This document shows positions 8,648 through 17,630 of a stretch of DNA of 32,107 nt, piece after piece. The DNA is taken from NCBI GenBank assembly GCA_046484105.1, contig JAWOBW010000048.1, positions 1 to 32,107 of the forward strand, read 5' to 3'. Each line of letters starts with the position of its first letter. Position 1 is the first letter of the stretch. The notes below the pieces were generated by a model. It had not been told where the DNA came from, made no database searches, and saw only the letters and a list, made by a program, of their open reading frames with translations. Both the position numbers and the translations under genes were made by a program. The stretch comes from Bacillota bacterium (GTDB taxonomy: Bacteria; Bacillota; Sulfobacillia; SLMV01).

Positions 8648-9123
8648 GCCCGCCCACCAGGCGGATTCTCGCCGCCTTCCTGCTCGGAGCCCTGGCCGGG
8701 GCCGCCCTGATTATGGGTGTCACCGCCGCGCGCGTGGAGAGGGCCACGGTGCAGCGCGACCTCTTCATGACGGTGGCGAGGGAGCAGCGACACCGCCTCG
8801 ACCAGATGAAGATCCAACTGGAACAGTTTCAGACCCGGCCCGCGGTTGAGTCGGTGGAGCTGCACTTCGTGAACATTGAGGAAGACAAGTCGGCTCTCGC
8901 CCTGGCGCTGGCGGAGTCACTCCGACCGCTGAGCACCGGGGTCATCGGCGAGATGGTGGAAGACGTCAATCCGGCAGTGCTGCGCAATCTCTATCATCAC
9001 CGGATTGTCCTCGTGAACCGCAGCGAATACGTGATCACCGTCGAGACCATCGTCATCGCACCGTCCACTCATTTCTTCCTCTCGGCCCGTCCCAGGTCCG
9101 AGGCCGGCATTCCAGAGGGTTGA
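8644..9123 (+). CDS. ytrI: YtrI-like sporulation membrane protein
   Basis: TTG 8644 overlaps the ytrH stop (TTGA). The N-terminal TM segment (RRILAAFLLGALAGAALIMGV) is followed by a coiled-coil-like stretch and a beta-rich C-terminal part (VELHFVN...YVITVETIVIA). Architecture and position match ytrI downstream of ytrH. The ORF-track start at 8302 lies inside or upstream of ytrH and is rejected. Confidence 0.55.
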   Translation: MSPPTRRILAAFLLGALAGAALIMGVTAARVERATVQRDLFMTVAREQRHRLDQMKIQLEQFQTRPAVESVELHFVNIEEDKSALALALAESLRPLSTGVIGEMVEDVNPAVLRNLYHHRIVLVNRSEYVITVETIVIAPSTHFFLSARPRSEAGIPEG

Positions 9124-9809
9124 TCCTCCGTCCCCCAGGCGCAGAGGTGACGCACCGGACAGCCGGCACAGTCGGGACCCGACGCCCGGCAGACCTTCCT
9201 CCCGTGCTCCAGCAGGTTGAGATGCAGGTCCAGCGCCCTTCCCGGGGGAACGAGCCGATGCAGCTGGCGGTGAATCCGCTCCGGCGGTGCCGCGGCGTCA
9301 ACCAGACCGAGCCGCCGGCATATTCTGGCCACGTGCGTGTCCACCGGAAAGACATCCCTGCCCAGGCCGAACAGCAGCACACATGCCGCCGTCTTCAGCC
9401 CGACCCCGGGCAGACTGGTGAGGTACTGGTAGCAGTCCTCGTCGGTCCAGTTGCGCAGCTGGTCGAGGCAGTAGCCTCCCATGTCGGAGTGAATCCGGCG
9501 GAGGACGCCCTGGACGTACCTCCTCTTCTGCCGGGCCAGCCCCCCGGGGCGAAGGATCTCCTCCACGCGTTCGGGGTGGGCACTGGCCAGCTGGTCCCAG
9601 TCGGGAAACGTCGAGATCAGCTCACGATATATTGGACGGGTACGCGCATCGGTGCTGGCCTGGGACAGGATGGTGACGATAAGGGTACCCAGGGGCGTGT
9701 CCGGTTCCCCCGACACAGACGGCTGTAGCCGGTGATTCCGGCCGCGCCCGTAAGTCTGCTCCAGTACGTGCGCCAGCTCACGAAGATCAGTGTCCGGACC
9801 CATCGCCAT
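9069..9809 (-). CDS. nth: Endonuclease III / HhH-GPD base-excision glycosylase with a 4Fe-4S cluster loop
   Basis: LPGVGLKTAACVLLFGLGRDVFPVDTHVARICRRLGL (HhH-GPD with Lys and Asp) and C-x6-C-x2-C-x5-C (CRASGPDCAGCPVRHLC). Start at ATG 9809 (or 9803); it overlaps the murD 3' end by 23 (or 17) nt. Confidence 0.85.
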   Translation of the reverse strand: MAMGPDTDLRELAHVLEQTYGRGRNHRLQPSVSGEPDTPLGTLIVTILSQASTDARTRPIYRELISTFPDWDQLASAHPERVEEILRPGGLARQKRRYVQGVLRRIHSDMGGYCLDQLRNWTDEDCYQYLTSLPGVGLKTAACVLLFGLGRDVFPVDTHVARICRRLGLVDAAAPPERIHRQLHRLVPPGRALDLHLNLLEHGRKVCRASGPDCAGCPVRHLCAWGTEDQPSGMPASDLGRAERKK

Positions 9810-11259
9810 CAGCCCTCTCGCCAGCGCGCGCCCGCTGCACCATCGAACGAAAGCAGTCGCCCCGCCGCATGTAGTTGGCAAAGGCATCAAAACTGGCGCA
9901 GGCCGGCGACATCAATACCACGTCACCTGCCCGCGCGATACCTCGCGCCGCATTGAAGGCCCGCTCCAGGTCGCCGGCCCGGTACAGGATGTGCCCCCAG
10001 TCCGCCTCCCTGCGCAGGGCCGCCTCGATCTCCCCGGCCGCCTCTCCCATCAGGATCACCGCGCGAATGCAACCCCGGCCGGTCATTTCGGACAGCTGGC
10101 GTGCGAGACGATCAAAGGACAGACCCTTGTTGTAGCCGCCGAGTATCAGTACTACCGGCCGGTCGTAGCTGTGCAGCGCGGCGGCAGTCCGGTCAGGAGA
10201 TGTCGCGATGGAGTCATTCACGAACAACACGCCCCCAATCTCCCCCACTTCCTCCAACCGGTGCCGCACGGGCGTAAATCTCCGTATCCCGCGCCGAATC
10301 GACTCGACGGAAACCCCCATCCGCAGGGCAACGAGAGCAGCAGCCAGGGTGTTGCTCACATTGTGCATGCCCCGGAGGGGCAGGTCCGAGGTGGCACAGA
10401 GATTGATGGTGTCCTCGGGCCCCCGCACCCACAACCGCCCCTCCTCGTACCAGGCCTTCAGGGGAAACCGGCCGCTCCAGGTGTCGGGGGTGTCCCTGAC
10501 TGAGAAGAAGGCGACGTCGCCCGGGGCGGATGAGGCCAAGTCCCGCGTGTACCGGCAGTCCGCTCCCAGCGCGATGTAGTCACCCGGCTCCTGGCATCGC
10601 ACCATGCGCGCCTTTGCCCTCACGTAGTGATCCATACTCCGGTGAACATCCAGATGATCGGGGCTTATGTTCAGAACCGCCCCGACCTGGGGAACGCGCG
10701 AGGCTGTCTCCAGCTGGAAGCTGGACATCTCCAGGACCACCACATGGTCCGGATCAATGTCGTCCACCCAGTCTATGAGGGGGGTCCCTATGTTCCCGCC
10801 CAGCCACACCCGTCGTCCGTCACAGCGCAGCATCTCTGCCACCAGGGACGTCGTGGTGGTCTTGCCTGAGCTCCCGGTGACTCCCATCATGGGGGCGGGA
10901 CAGAGAATCATGAACAGGGCGAGCTCCCCCGATATCTCCGATCCGGCCAGCGCGGCCCGCCTGATCTGGGGAAGGTCCCGGGGCATTCCCGGGGTGACGA
11001 ACACCCAGTCGAAGCCGCATCCCTCGAGATCGCGGTCGAAGGCAGCCAGGTAGTCGGACCCCAGAGAGGCCCCCTCAACCAGGTCGCTGACCGAATCCCA
11101 TCTCGGCCCGAGTTCCTCCGGACTCTTCTGGTCGTAAATGCAGATGCGCACGCCGCGGCGGGCGAGATACGCCGCCAATTCCCGGTTGCTAATGCCGAGT
11201 CCGAGAATTGCGCACGATTCGCCCGGCATCGGAACTCTGAAGGGGCTCGCTGATGTCAT
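9787..11259 (-). CDS. murD: UDP-N-acetylmuramoyl-L-alanine--D-glutamate ligase
   Basis: N-terminal Rossmann-like ILGLGISNRELAAYLARRGV, P-loop VTGSSGKTTTTSLV, and C-terminal ...LMSPACASFDAFANYMRRGDCF. 490 aa with a ~25-aa C-terminal tail. Confidence 0.9.
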   Translation of the reverse strand: MTSASPFRVPMPGESCAILGLGISNRELAAYLARRGVRICIYDQKSPEELGPRWDSVSDLVEGASLGSDYLAAFDRDLEGCGFDWVFVTPGMPRDLPQIRRAALAGSEISGELALFMILCPAPMMGVTGSSGKTTTTSLVAEMLRCDGRRVWLGGNIGTPLIDWVDDIDPDHVVVLEMSSFQLETASRVPQVGAVLNISPDHLDVHRSMDHYVRAKARMVRCQEPGDYIALGADCRYTRDLASSAPGDVAFFSVRDTPDTWSGRFPLKAWYEEGRLWVRGPEDTINLCATSDLPLRGMHNVSNTLAAALVALRMGVSVESIRRGIRRFTPVRHRLEEVGEIGGVLFVNDSIATSPDRTAAALHSYDRPVVLILGGYNKGLSFDRLARQLSEMTGRGCIRAVILMGEAAGEIEAALRREADWGHILYRAGDLERAFNAARGIARAGDVVLMSPACASFDAFANYMRRGDCFRSMVQRARAGERADGDGSGH

Positions 11260-11317
11260 GTCCCATTACCCGCCCTCAGTCGCCCTGTGCGGGGCACCCA
11301 CCCCCGCCAACGCCTTG

Positions 11318-12499
11318 TCAGCCCAGGATCTCCTCGATTCGGTCCATGCCTTCTTCTATCTTCTCCATTGAGGTGGAATAGGAGAACCGCACGTTCTCCG
11401 GCGCCCCGAAACCGCTTCCGGGGACAACGGCCACGTACACCTCATTGAGCAGGATTTCCGCCAGCGCATCGCCGTCAGTGATCGTCCGCCCGGCGATCTT
11501 CTCGCCGATCAGCTGGCCCACATTCGGGAACACGTAGAAGGCTCCCTTCGGCGCCGTGCACTCGAAACCGCGTATGTTCTGCAGCCTCTCGGTCATGTAC
11601 ACCCGGCGCCTGTCGAAAGCTTCCACCATCTCCGCGACTGTCTCCTTCGGTCCCTCCAGTGCAGCCAGGGCGGCCCACTGCGAGATGGAGGTGGCGTTGC
11701 TGGTCGCGTGACTCTGGACCGTCCCCATGGCCTTGATGACCTCCTCAGGTCCCGCGGCGTAACCTATCCTCCACCCGGTCATGGCATAGGCCTTGGAAAC
11801 CCCGTTGATGACGATGGACAGCGGCATCATGTCGGGATTTGCCCGGGGAAGACTCACGTGGGTGACGCCGTCGTAGACCAGGAACTCGTAGATCTCGTCA
11901 CAGATGGCAAAGACGCCGCTCCCGGCAAGCACCTCGCCGACGGCAGCCAGCTCATCCTCGGTGTAGACGGACCCGCTGGGATTGCTGGGACTGTTGAGTA
12001 TGATAGCCCGCGTCCTGGAAGAAATCGCGTCCTCCAGCATCTTCGGGGTGACCTTGAAATCGGTCTCCTCCGTGGTCTGGACGACCACCGGAACCCCGCC
12101 GGCCAGCTTGACCTGTTCCGGGTAGCTCACCCAGTACGGCGCCGGCACCAGGACCTCGTCCCCGTCGTCCACCAGGGCCATGAGGGCGTTGTAAATGGAG
12201 TGCTTTGCACCAACGGACACCAGAATTTGCGACGGCTGATACTCCAGGCCGTTGTCCTCGGCGAACTTCCTGCAGACCGCCTTCTTCAGCTCGGGTATGC
12301 CGGATGCAGCGGTGTAGGTTGTCTTGTTGTCCTCAATCGCCTGTACGGCCTTCTTCTTGATGTAGTCGGGAGTGGGAAAATCCGGCTCGCCCACCCCGAA
12401 CTTCACCACATCCTTGCCTTCCGCCGCCAGCTCCTGCACCTTTGCATTCAGAGCCAGGGTGGCAGACGGGCTGATCACCTGGAGCCGCTTGGAAATCAT
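11318..12499 (-). CDS. PLP-dependent aspartate aminotransferase (class I)
   Basis: GVGEPDFPTPDYIKKKA...APYWVSYPEQV...NSPSNPSG...SKAYAMTGWRIGY (PLP lysine motif). ATG 12499 is preferred because GGAGGG lies 8 nt upstream; the ORF-track TTG 12505 abuts the SD. Confidence 0.9.
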   Translation of the reverse strand: MISKRLQVISPSATLALNAKVQELAAEGKDVVKFGVGEPDFPTPDYIKKKAVQAIEDNKTTYTAASGIPELKKAVCRKFAEDNGLEYQPSQILVSVGAKHSIYNALMALVDDGDEVLVPAPYWVSYPEQVKLAGGVPVVVQTTEETDFKVTPKMLEDAISSRTRAIILNSPSNPSGSVYTEDELAAVGEVLAGSGVFAICDEIYEFLVYDGVTHVSLPRANPDMMPLSIVINGVSKAYAMTGWRIGYAAGPEEVIKAMGTVQSHATSNATSISQWAALAALEGPKETVAEMVEAFDRRRVYMTERLQNIRGFECTAPKGAFYVFPNVGQLIGEKIAGRTITDGDALAEILLNEVYVAVVPGSGFGAPENVRFSYSTSMEKIEEGMDRIEEILG

Positions 12500-12568
12500 G
12501 GGCAAATCCCTCCACTCGCAAGATGAAAGTGCGTTGCTGACCCCGACGCATGTCAGCTACTCACCCAT

Positions 12569-12597
12569 AGTGTATCTTTCCAGGGCGATGGTTCCAA
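12569..12597 (-). promoter_or_regulatory. Candidate sigma-A-type promoter for the aminotransferase gene
   Basis: On the minus strand: TTGGAA (12597-12592), a 17-nt spacer, then TACACT (12574-12569), about 65 nt upstream of ATG 12499. Each hexamer matches consensus at 4/6 positions. Pattern match only. Confidence 0.3.
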
Positions 12598-12820
12598 GTA
12601 GTTGCGGAAACATGTTGAAAGATCATCCCGGCTCCTCCGACCTCGGCGCAAATCGGAGCGGGCGGGACGGCCACCCCTCTTTCCAGTTGCATTCCCCCCG
12701 ACCTTGCGGCTATTCTATGTAGAGAGTCTGCATTGCATCACTTTGCACGTTGGTCTCTGACTGTCCAGCATTCCAACAGAATTGTCATGACGCGGTCCTT
12801 TTGCCGTCTGGAGAGGAGAG

Positions 12821-13801
12821 GTGACACTGCAATCTCGCGTCCGCGACGCCAGTAGTGTGATGAAGCGACTGGTCAAAAGCATCCAGCTCGCAATCGTGGG
12901 CAAGGAAGAGGTGATGCGAAACCTGGTGCTCGCCCTGGCCGTGGGCCGGCACGTCCTGGTGGAGGACGTTCCCGGTGTCGGCAAGACCACCCTGATCAAG
13001 GCCCTGGCCCGCTCGATCGACCTGAGCTTCCGCCGCATACAGTTCACTCCCGATCTTCTGCCCAGCGACATCACCGGAACATCGGTTCTCAACCCCGAGG
13101 ATTCCAGCTTCAGCTTCCGCAGCGGGCCAGTGTTTCACAACATAATTCTGGCCGACGAGATCAACCGGGCATCGCCCAAGACCCAGTCCGCTCTCCTGGA
13201 ATGCATGGAGGAGGGGCAGGTGACTGTGGATGGGGTGAGCTATCCCCTGCCCAGGCCTTTCCTGGTCATGGCGACGCAGAACCCCATCGAGTACGAGGGG
13301 ACATTCCCCCTGCCAGAGGCCCAGCTGGACCGGTTCTCTCTTTCCCTGAAGATGGGTTACCCGGCGGCGGAGGAGGAGAGGGAAATGCTGGGCAGACTGC
13401 AAAACCGGGATGCCCTGGATGACCTCCAACCGGTGGTCGAGGTGGAGGAGGTCACCGCTCTGCGCCCGGCGGCCGAGGAGGTCTTCGCCTCCGAATCCCT
13501 CATGGAATACATCATAGATATAGCCCGGGCGACCCGGGATGATGACGACATCTACCTGGGGGCAAGCCCCCGCGCATCTCTCATGCTACTCAAGCTGAGC
13601 CAGGCCCTCGCCCTGTATCGGGAGATGGACTACGTTCTGCCCGACCATGTGAAGGAGATGGCGCCGGCTGTTCTGCGCCACCGGCTGATACTGACCCCGG
13701 AGGCTCGCTGGGAAAACCGACCCGCCGAGACGGTGATCGCCAGGATACTGCGTCACACACCGGTACCCGGAATGGAACAGGTCTCGCCCCGGCGGAGTTG
13801 A
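12821..13801 (+). CDS. MoxR-family AAA+ ATPase
   Basis: VLVEDVPGVGKTTLIKALARS (Walker A), ILADEINRASPKTQSALLECMEEGQVTVDG (Walker B / sensor region), ATQNPIEYEGTFPLPEAQLDRF. Start at GTG 12821 right after GGAGAGGAGAG; ATG 12860 is an alternative. Confidence 0.92.
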   Translation: MTLQSRVRDASSVMKRLVKSIQLAIVGKEEVMRNLVLALAVGRHVLVEDVPGVGKTTLIKALARSIDLSFRRIQFTPDLLPSDITGTSVLNPEDSSFSFRSGPVFHNIILADEINRASPKTQSALLECMEEGQVTVDGVSYPLPRPFLVMATQNPIEYEGTFPLPEAQLDRFSLSLKMGYPAAEEEREMLGRLQNRDALDDLQPVVEVEEVTALRPAAEEVFASESLMEYIIDIARATRDDDDIYLGASPRASLMLLKLSQALALYREMDYVLPDHVKEMAPAVLRHRLILTPEARWENRPAETVIARILRHTPVPGMEQVSPRRS

Positions 13802-13811
13802 GGTGTAATAC

Positions 13812-15155
13812 ATGCAGAGCTACGGTCACAGACAGACGCCGACCCGGTGGCAGGTGGCCGGCGAGGCAATCCGCGGGCACATAAGGAGACTGTCCGGCGG
13901 TGTAGTCCTGGTCGAGGCCTGGCCCGCCCTGATTGTCGCCGGGTTCTTCGTCCTGTCGCGCACTGCCGGGGGCGACCTGCCGAGGATGCTGTTCCGCGTC
14001 TCCCTTCTCGTATTCATCGCCAACTACGTCTGGACCCGCACCATGATGTCCAACCTGCAGTGCCTGTACGATTCTGACCGGCGCGAGCTGCAGCGCGGCG
14101 AAGAAGTTGAGCTGACCCTCCGCTTCGACAACGAGGGCTTCGTGCCCATCACCCGCCTGGAAGCGGTGGGACGGCTCCCCGGTCAGAGGGAAACCGAACA
14201 GTGGAGGCTGGCCAGCACCGTGCCGGGCCTGGCCAGCCGACTGATGAGGCGAACCACCATCCTGCGCGAGCACGGCCACTACCGCCTGGGGCCGGTAACC
14301 TTTCGCGTCAGCGACCCCTTCGGGTGGTTTGAGGGCAGGGCAGATCTCTACGGCGACCGATACGTGACCGTGTACCCGCGGATCATGCCGGTCAGGGGAG
14401 GCAACCTGCCGCTCCGACGTCCCTTCGGGTCCCTTCGCACCCGGATTCGCTCATTCGCCGACCCCTCCAACCTGGCCGACATCCGCCCCCTGCGGCCCGG
14501 GGACAATCCCAGACACATCCACTGGCCCACCTCCGCCCGGCTAGGGGAACCGTACGTGCGCGAATTCGAACTCACCGCCTCGGGCGAGGTACACATCATG
14601 ATCGATCTGTCCGCCGCGACAGCAGGACACGAACCCGACGCGACCGGTTCCTTCCCGTCCCTCGCCGCCCGGGAACAGGGATTTGACGCCGCCGCCGGCC
14701 TCGCCGCCAGCTGTCTTCAGAGCGACCTGTCCGTCGGCCTCATTGCCAGGGGGAAGCGCGATCATTCTCTCGAACCCGGTAAGGGCGGGGAGAGACTGCG
14801 CGCCATCCTGAAGTCGCTGGCACACTCCCAGACAGACTGCCCGGTGCCTGTCGACCTGGTGCTGGAACAGCTGGGACACTCACTGGGCAGCGGGAGCACC
14901 CTGCTACTGGTGACCGGGCAGCTGACTCCAGCCCTGACCTCACGATTGACTTCCCTGGTCAGGCTGGGACTGGGCGTGGCGGTCTTTCTCATCGCGGAAA
15001 CTGACGGCGGAATATCCGGCCCGCAACTGCAGATCGGCTCGACGTCCAGGACTGGGCCCTTCTCCTGCTGGGTGGTGCCCACCGGGAGCAACTTTCTCAT
15101 CCTGGACAGCTCGGCAGAGGCGCGCAGCCGGTCCGCGTTGCGGGGGGCACCCTGA
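13812..15155 (+). CDS. DUF58 domain protein (VWA-like), membrane-anchored
   Basis: Two N-terminal TM segments, then the DUF58 signature IRPLRPGDNPRHIHWPTSARLGEPYVREFE. It directly follows moxR with a 10-nt gap. Confidence 0.85.
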   Translation: MQSYGHRQTPTRWQVAGEAIRGHIRRLSGGVVLVEAWPALIVAGFFVLSRTAGGDLPRMLFRVSLLVFIANYVWTRTMMSNLQCLYDSDRRELQRGEEVELTLRFDNEGFVPITRLEAVGRLPGQRETEQWRLASTVPGLASRLMRRTTILREHGHYRLGPVTFRVSDPFGWFEGRADLYGDRYVTVYPRIMPVRGGNLPLRRPFGSLRTRIRSFADPSNLADIRPLRPGDNPRHIHWPTSARLGEPYVREFELTASGEVHIMIDLSAATAGHEPDATGSFPSLAAREQGFDAAAGLAASCLQSDLSVGLIARGKRDHSLEPGKGGERLRAILKSLAHSQTDCPVPVDLVLEQLGHSLGSGSTLLLVTGQLTPALTSRLTSLVRLGLGVAVFLIAETDGGISGPQLQIGSTSRTGPFSCWVVPTGSNFLILDSSAEARSRSALRGAP

Positions 15156-15182
15156 CCCGATGGATGCATTGGAGGATACGCC

Positions 15183-17630
15183 ATGGTGACAGGCGGCACA
15201 GCTGCCGGAACACACCGGATGCGGGAGGCGGATTTCGCACGGGCGGACGCCGAAAGCGTCCTGCGGTACCTGGACGCAGGGGCTAACCTCCTGCACTGTC
15301 TCCTGATCCTGATGATGTATCACTCGCTGACGGAGTTCATGGGTCTGACCCGGAGCCCCGCCGCCTGGGCCGCCGCCCTCGCCCTGGCCCTGCTCACAGC
15401 ACTACTCGTCGCCTACTGGTCAGAAGTCAGGCTCGCCTCGCTGACTCTGTTCCTCACGTCTCCCCTTTGGGTAGCCCTGATCCTGCGGCGCTGGCCGGAA
15501 TCCGCGGATAGGGTCCTGCAATTCCTGGGCCGCTGGGGCCACTTCCTGGCCGAAGCCTACCGGGGAACGCTGGCGGGCGTGCCGCCGGATGCGGGCTACT
15601 TCACCGTCGCCCTGGTGCTCGCAGTTTCTGCCTGCTGGGGCTGGACCTGCGTGCGGCGGAACGCCGGGGGCCTCGCAGCCCTGCCGACCCTGGGAGCTTT
15701 GCTCTTCCAGTGGTTTTTCTTCTTCGATGCCGCCCAGAGGTACCTGCCGCTGTATCTGTTCATCGCCGGATTCACCGTCGTCACCCTGCACTATCGCCGA
15801 TGGATCCGCCCGAGACAGCTGGCCGTCATCAGGCGTTTCTCCCTAACTTCAATCTGGTTCTCCACCGCCATCATGCTGCTGCTGGTGATCACCGCGTCAG
15901 CAATCCTTCCCCCGCAGGCTCCCACCTGGAGTCTGAGCGCGATCCGCCAGTGGTTCACCTCCACCTTTCCCGTCTTCGACCGGGTCAGGGGGGAGGCGAG
16001 GACGGGCACCGGCGCGGCCAGGTGGTTTTCTCTCAACCTCTCCGGCTACGGTCCGGCGACTGCCCTGGGGGGACCGCTGCAGCTCGACCCCTCCCCCGCC
16101 TTCTCCCTGACGCTACAGGTTCAGTTCGGCACCATGGACGACCTCACCTTTCCCCTCTACCTGAAGGGAAGGACGTTGACCCACTACACCGGACGGGGGT
16201 GGTTGCCGGGGGAGGACGAGAAATGGGAATGGTTCGAGCCGGGAGCCCGGTTCCCACGCCTGGTGCCCACGAATCTCAAGAGCCAGCAGCTGGTGCAGGA
16301 GATCACCCCAGTGAATCTGCAGACCAACACCCTCTTCGGCGCGGGAGACATCAGGCTGGTCCGTCTCCCCGATCCCGCCCTCAACCCGAGCCACACCGGG
16401 GGCGAGGTTGCGGCCAAGAGCAATTTCGGCGACGTCATCGCCTACAATATCCTTCGCAGAGACCAGACCTACGTGACGCTTTCCCAGCTCCCGTACTGGA
16501 ACATCGATCCCCAGACTCCCGCCGTCGACCCCGAAGCCCCGGAGCTATTCCTGGCCCTCCCCGACGAGGTCCCCGCCCGGGTGCACGAGCTAGCCCGGGA
16601 AATAGTTGACGGGATCGAGGGAAACTATCAGAAAGCGCAGGCGGTGCGCGACTACGTGCGCAACCTCCCCTACTCCCTGGAGGTGTCCGCCGTTCCCGCT
16701 GGCCGGGAGTTCACCGACCATTTCCTGTTCGATCAGGTGCAAGGATACTGCACCTATCACTCCACCGCCATGGCGGTGATGCTGCGGGCAGCCGGTGTTC
16801 CCACCCGCTGGGTCCAGGGCTTCCTGATTTCGCATGAGGATTTGCAGGAAACGGGAGACGACAGGAGACTGCTCACCGGGATCATTCCCCTGGCATCTGC
16901 CCACGCCTGGGTGGAGGTCTGGATCGCAGACGAGTGCGGGTGGGTGCCCTTCGAACCCACGCCGGCCTTTCCCCCGATAGATCACACCATAGCCTCTCCC
17001 CCGGACTCACCTGCACCGGACTACGCCCCTCCCGCCGACGAGGTGGACCCGGCCGAGCCCTGGCTACCTGCGTATCCTGAGGATGAAATGGACTTCTTCG
17101 ATGACGGATTCTACCGGGACAGACCCGCGGGTCGCAGCTGGTGGCAGATTCTCACCCTGTCCCTGGCGATCGCCTCGCTGCTTCTCCTCGCCGCCTCCGC
17201 CGCACTGCTGTTTCTCGTGCGACGCCGGGACGTTCACCTTGCTGCCCGGGCGCTGCAGTCAGCACTGGGAACAGATGCGATGCTTGAAAGTCCGGCGGGA
17301 CAGTTGGTGAAAGCTGCAATCCTGTCCGCAATCCACCTCAGCCGGGGATTCGGACTGTCAACTCGGGGAATGACTCCCAGGGAATTCGTCAGTTCGGTGG
17401 CAGACAGGTCGGAGGAGGCAGCTTCCCGGTTGAGCCGCATCATGGAGGCATACGAGCAGCTCACCTACGCCGGCCAGAGCATCCCCCGGGCCACCGCCGA
17501 GGAGGCCGCGACGATGGCTGACGAGATCCTGCGCATCCTCAGGAAGGAACTGGGATTCAGGCAGTACTTCACCAGGATATACCTGTCCCACCCCGGCGGG
17601 TTGAGGGAGCTGATGGCATCACTTCTGTGA
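15183..17630 (+). CDS. Polytopic membrane transglutaminase-like protein with a C-terminal DUF4129-like domain
   Basis: Multiple N-terminal TM helices. TGase core QGYCTYHSTAMAVMLRAAGVPTRWVQGF ... AHAWVEVW ... GWVPFEPT. A late TM segment (WWQILTLSLAIASLLLLAASAALLFLV) is followed by a soluble tail, TPREFV...AYEQLTYAG. GGAGGA lies 6 nt before the ATG. Confidence 0.85.
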   Translation: MVTGGTAAGTHRMREADFARADAESVLRYLDAGANLLHCLLILMMYHSLTEFMGLTRSPAAWAAALALALLTALLVAYWSEVRLASLTLFLTSPLWVALILRRWPESADRVLQFLGRWGHFLAEAYRGTLAGVPPDAGYFTVALVLAVSACWGWTCVRRNAGGLAALPTLGALLFQWFFFFDAAQRYLPLYLFIAGFTVVTLHYRRWIRPRQLAVIRRFSLTSIWFSTAIMLLLVITASAILPPQAPTWSLSAIRQWFTSTFPVFDRVRGEARTGTGAARWFSLNLSGYGPATALGGPLQLDPSPAFSLTLQVQFGTMDDLTFPLYLKGRTLTHYTGRGWLPGEDEKWEWFEPGARFPRLVPTNLKSQQLVQEITPVNLQTNTLFGAGDIRLVRLPDPALNPSHTGGEVAAKSNFGDVIAYNILRRDQTYVTLSQLPYWNIDPQTPAVDPEAPELFLALPDEVPARVHELAREIVDGIEGNYQKAQAVRDYVRNLPYSLEVSAVPAGREFTDHFLFDQVQGYCTYHSTAMAVMLRAAGVPTRWVQGFLISHEDLQETGDDRRLLTGIIPLASAHAWVEVWIADECGWVPFEPTPAFPPIDHTIASPPDSPAPDYAPPADEVDPAEPWLPAYPEDEMDFFDDGFYRDRPAGRSWWQILTLSLAIASLLLLAASAALLFLVRRRDVHLAARALQSALGTDAMLESPAGQLVKAAILSAIHLSRGFGLSTRGMTPREFVSSVADRSEEAASRLSRIMEAYEQLTYAGQSIPRATAEEAATMADEILRILRKELGFRQYFTRIYLSHPGGLRELMASLL

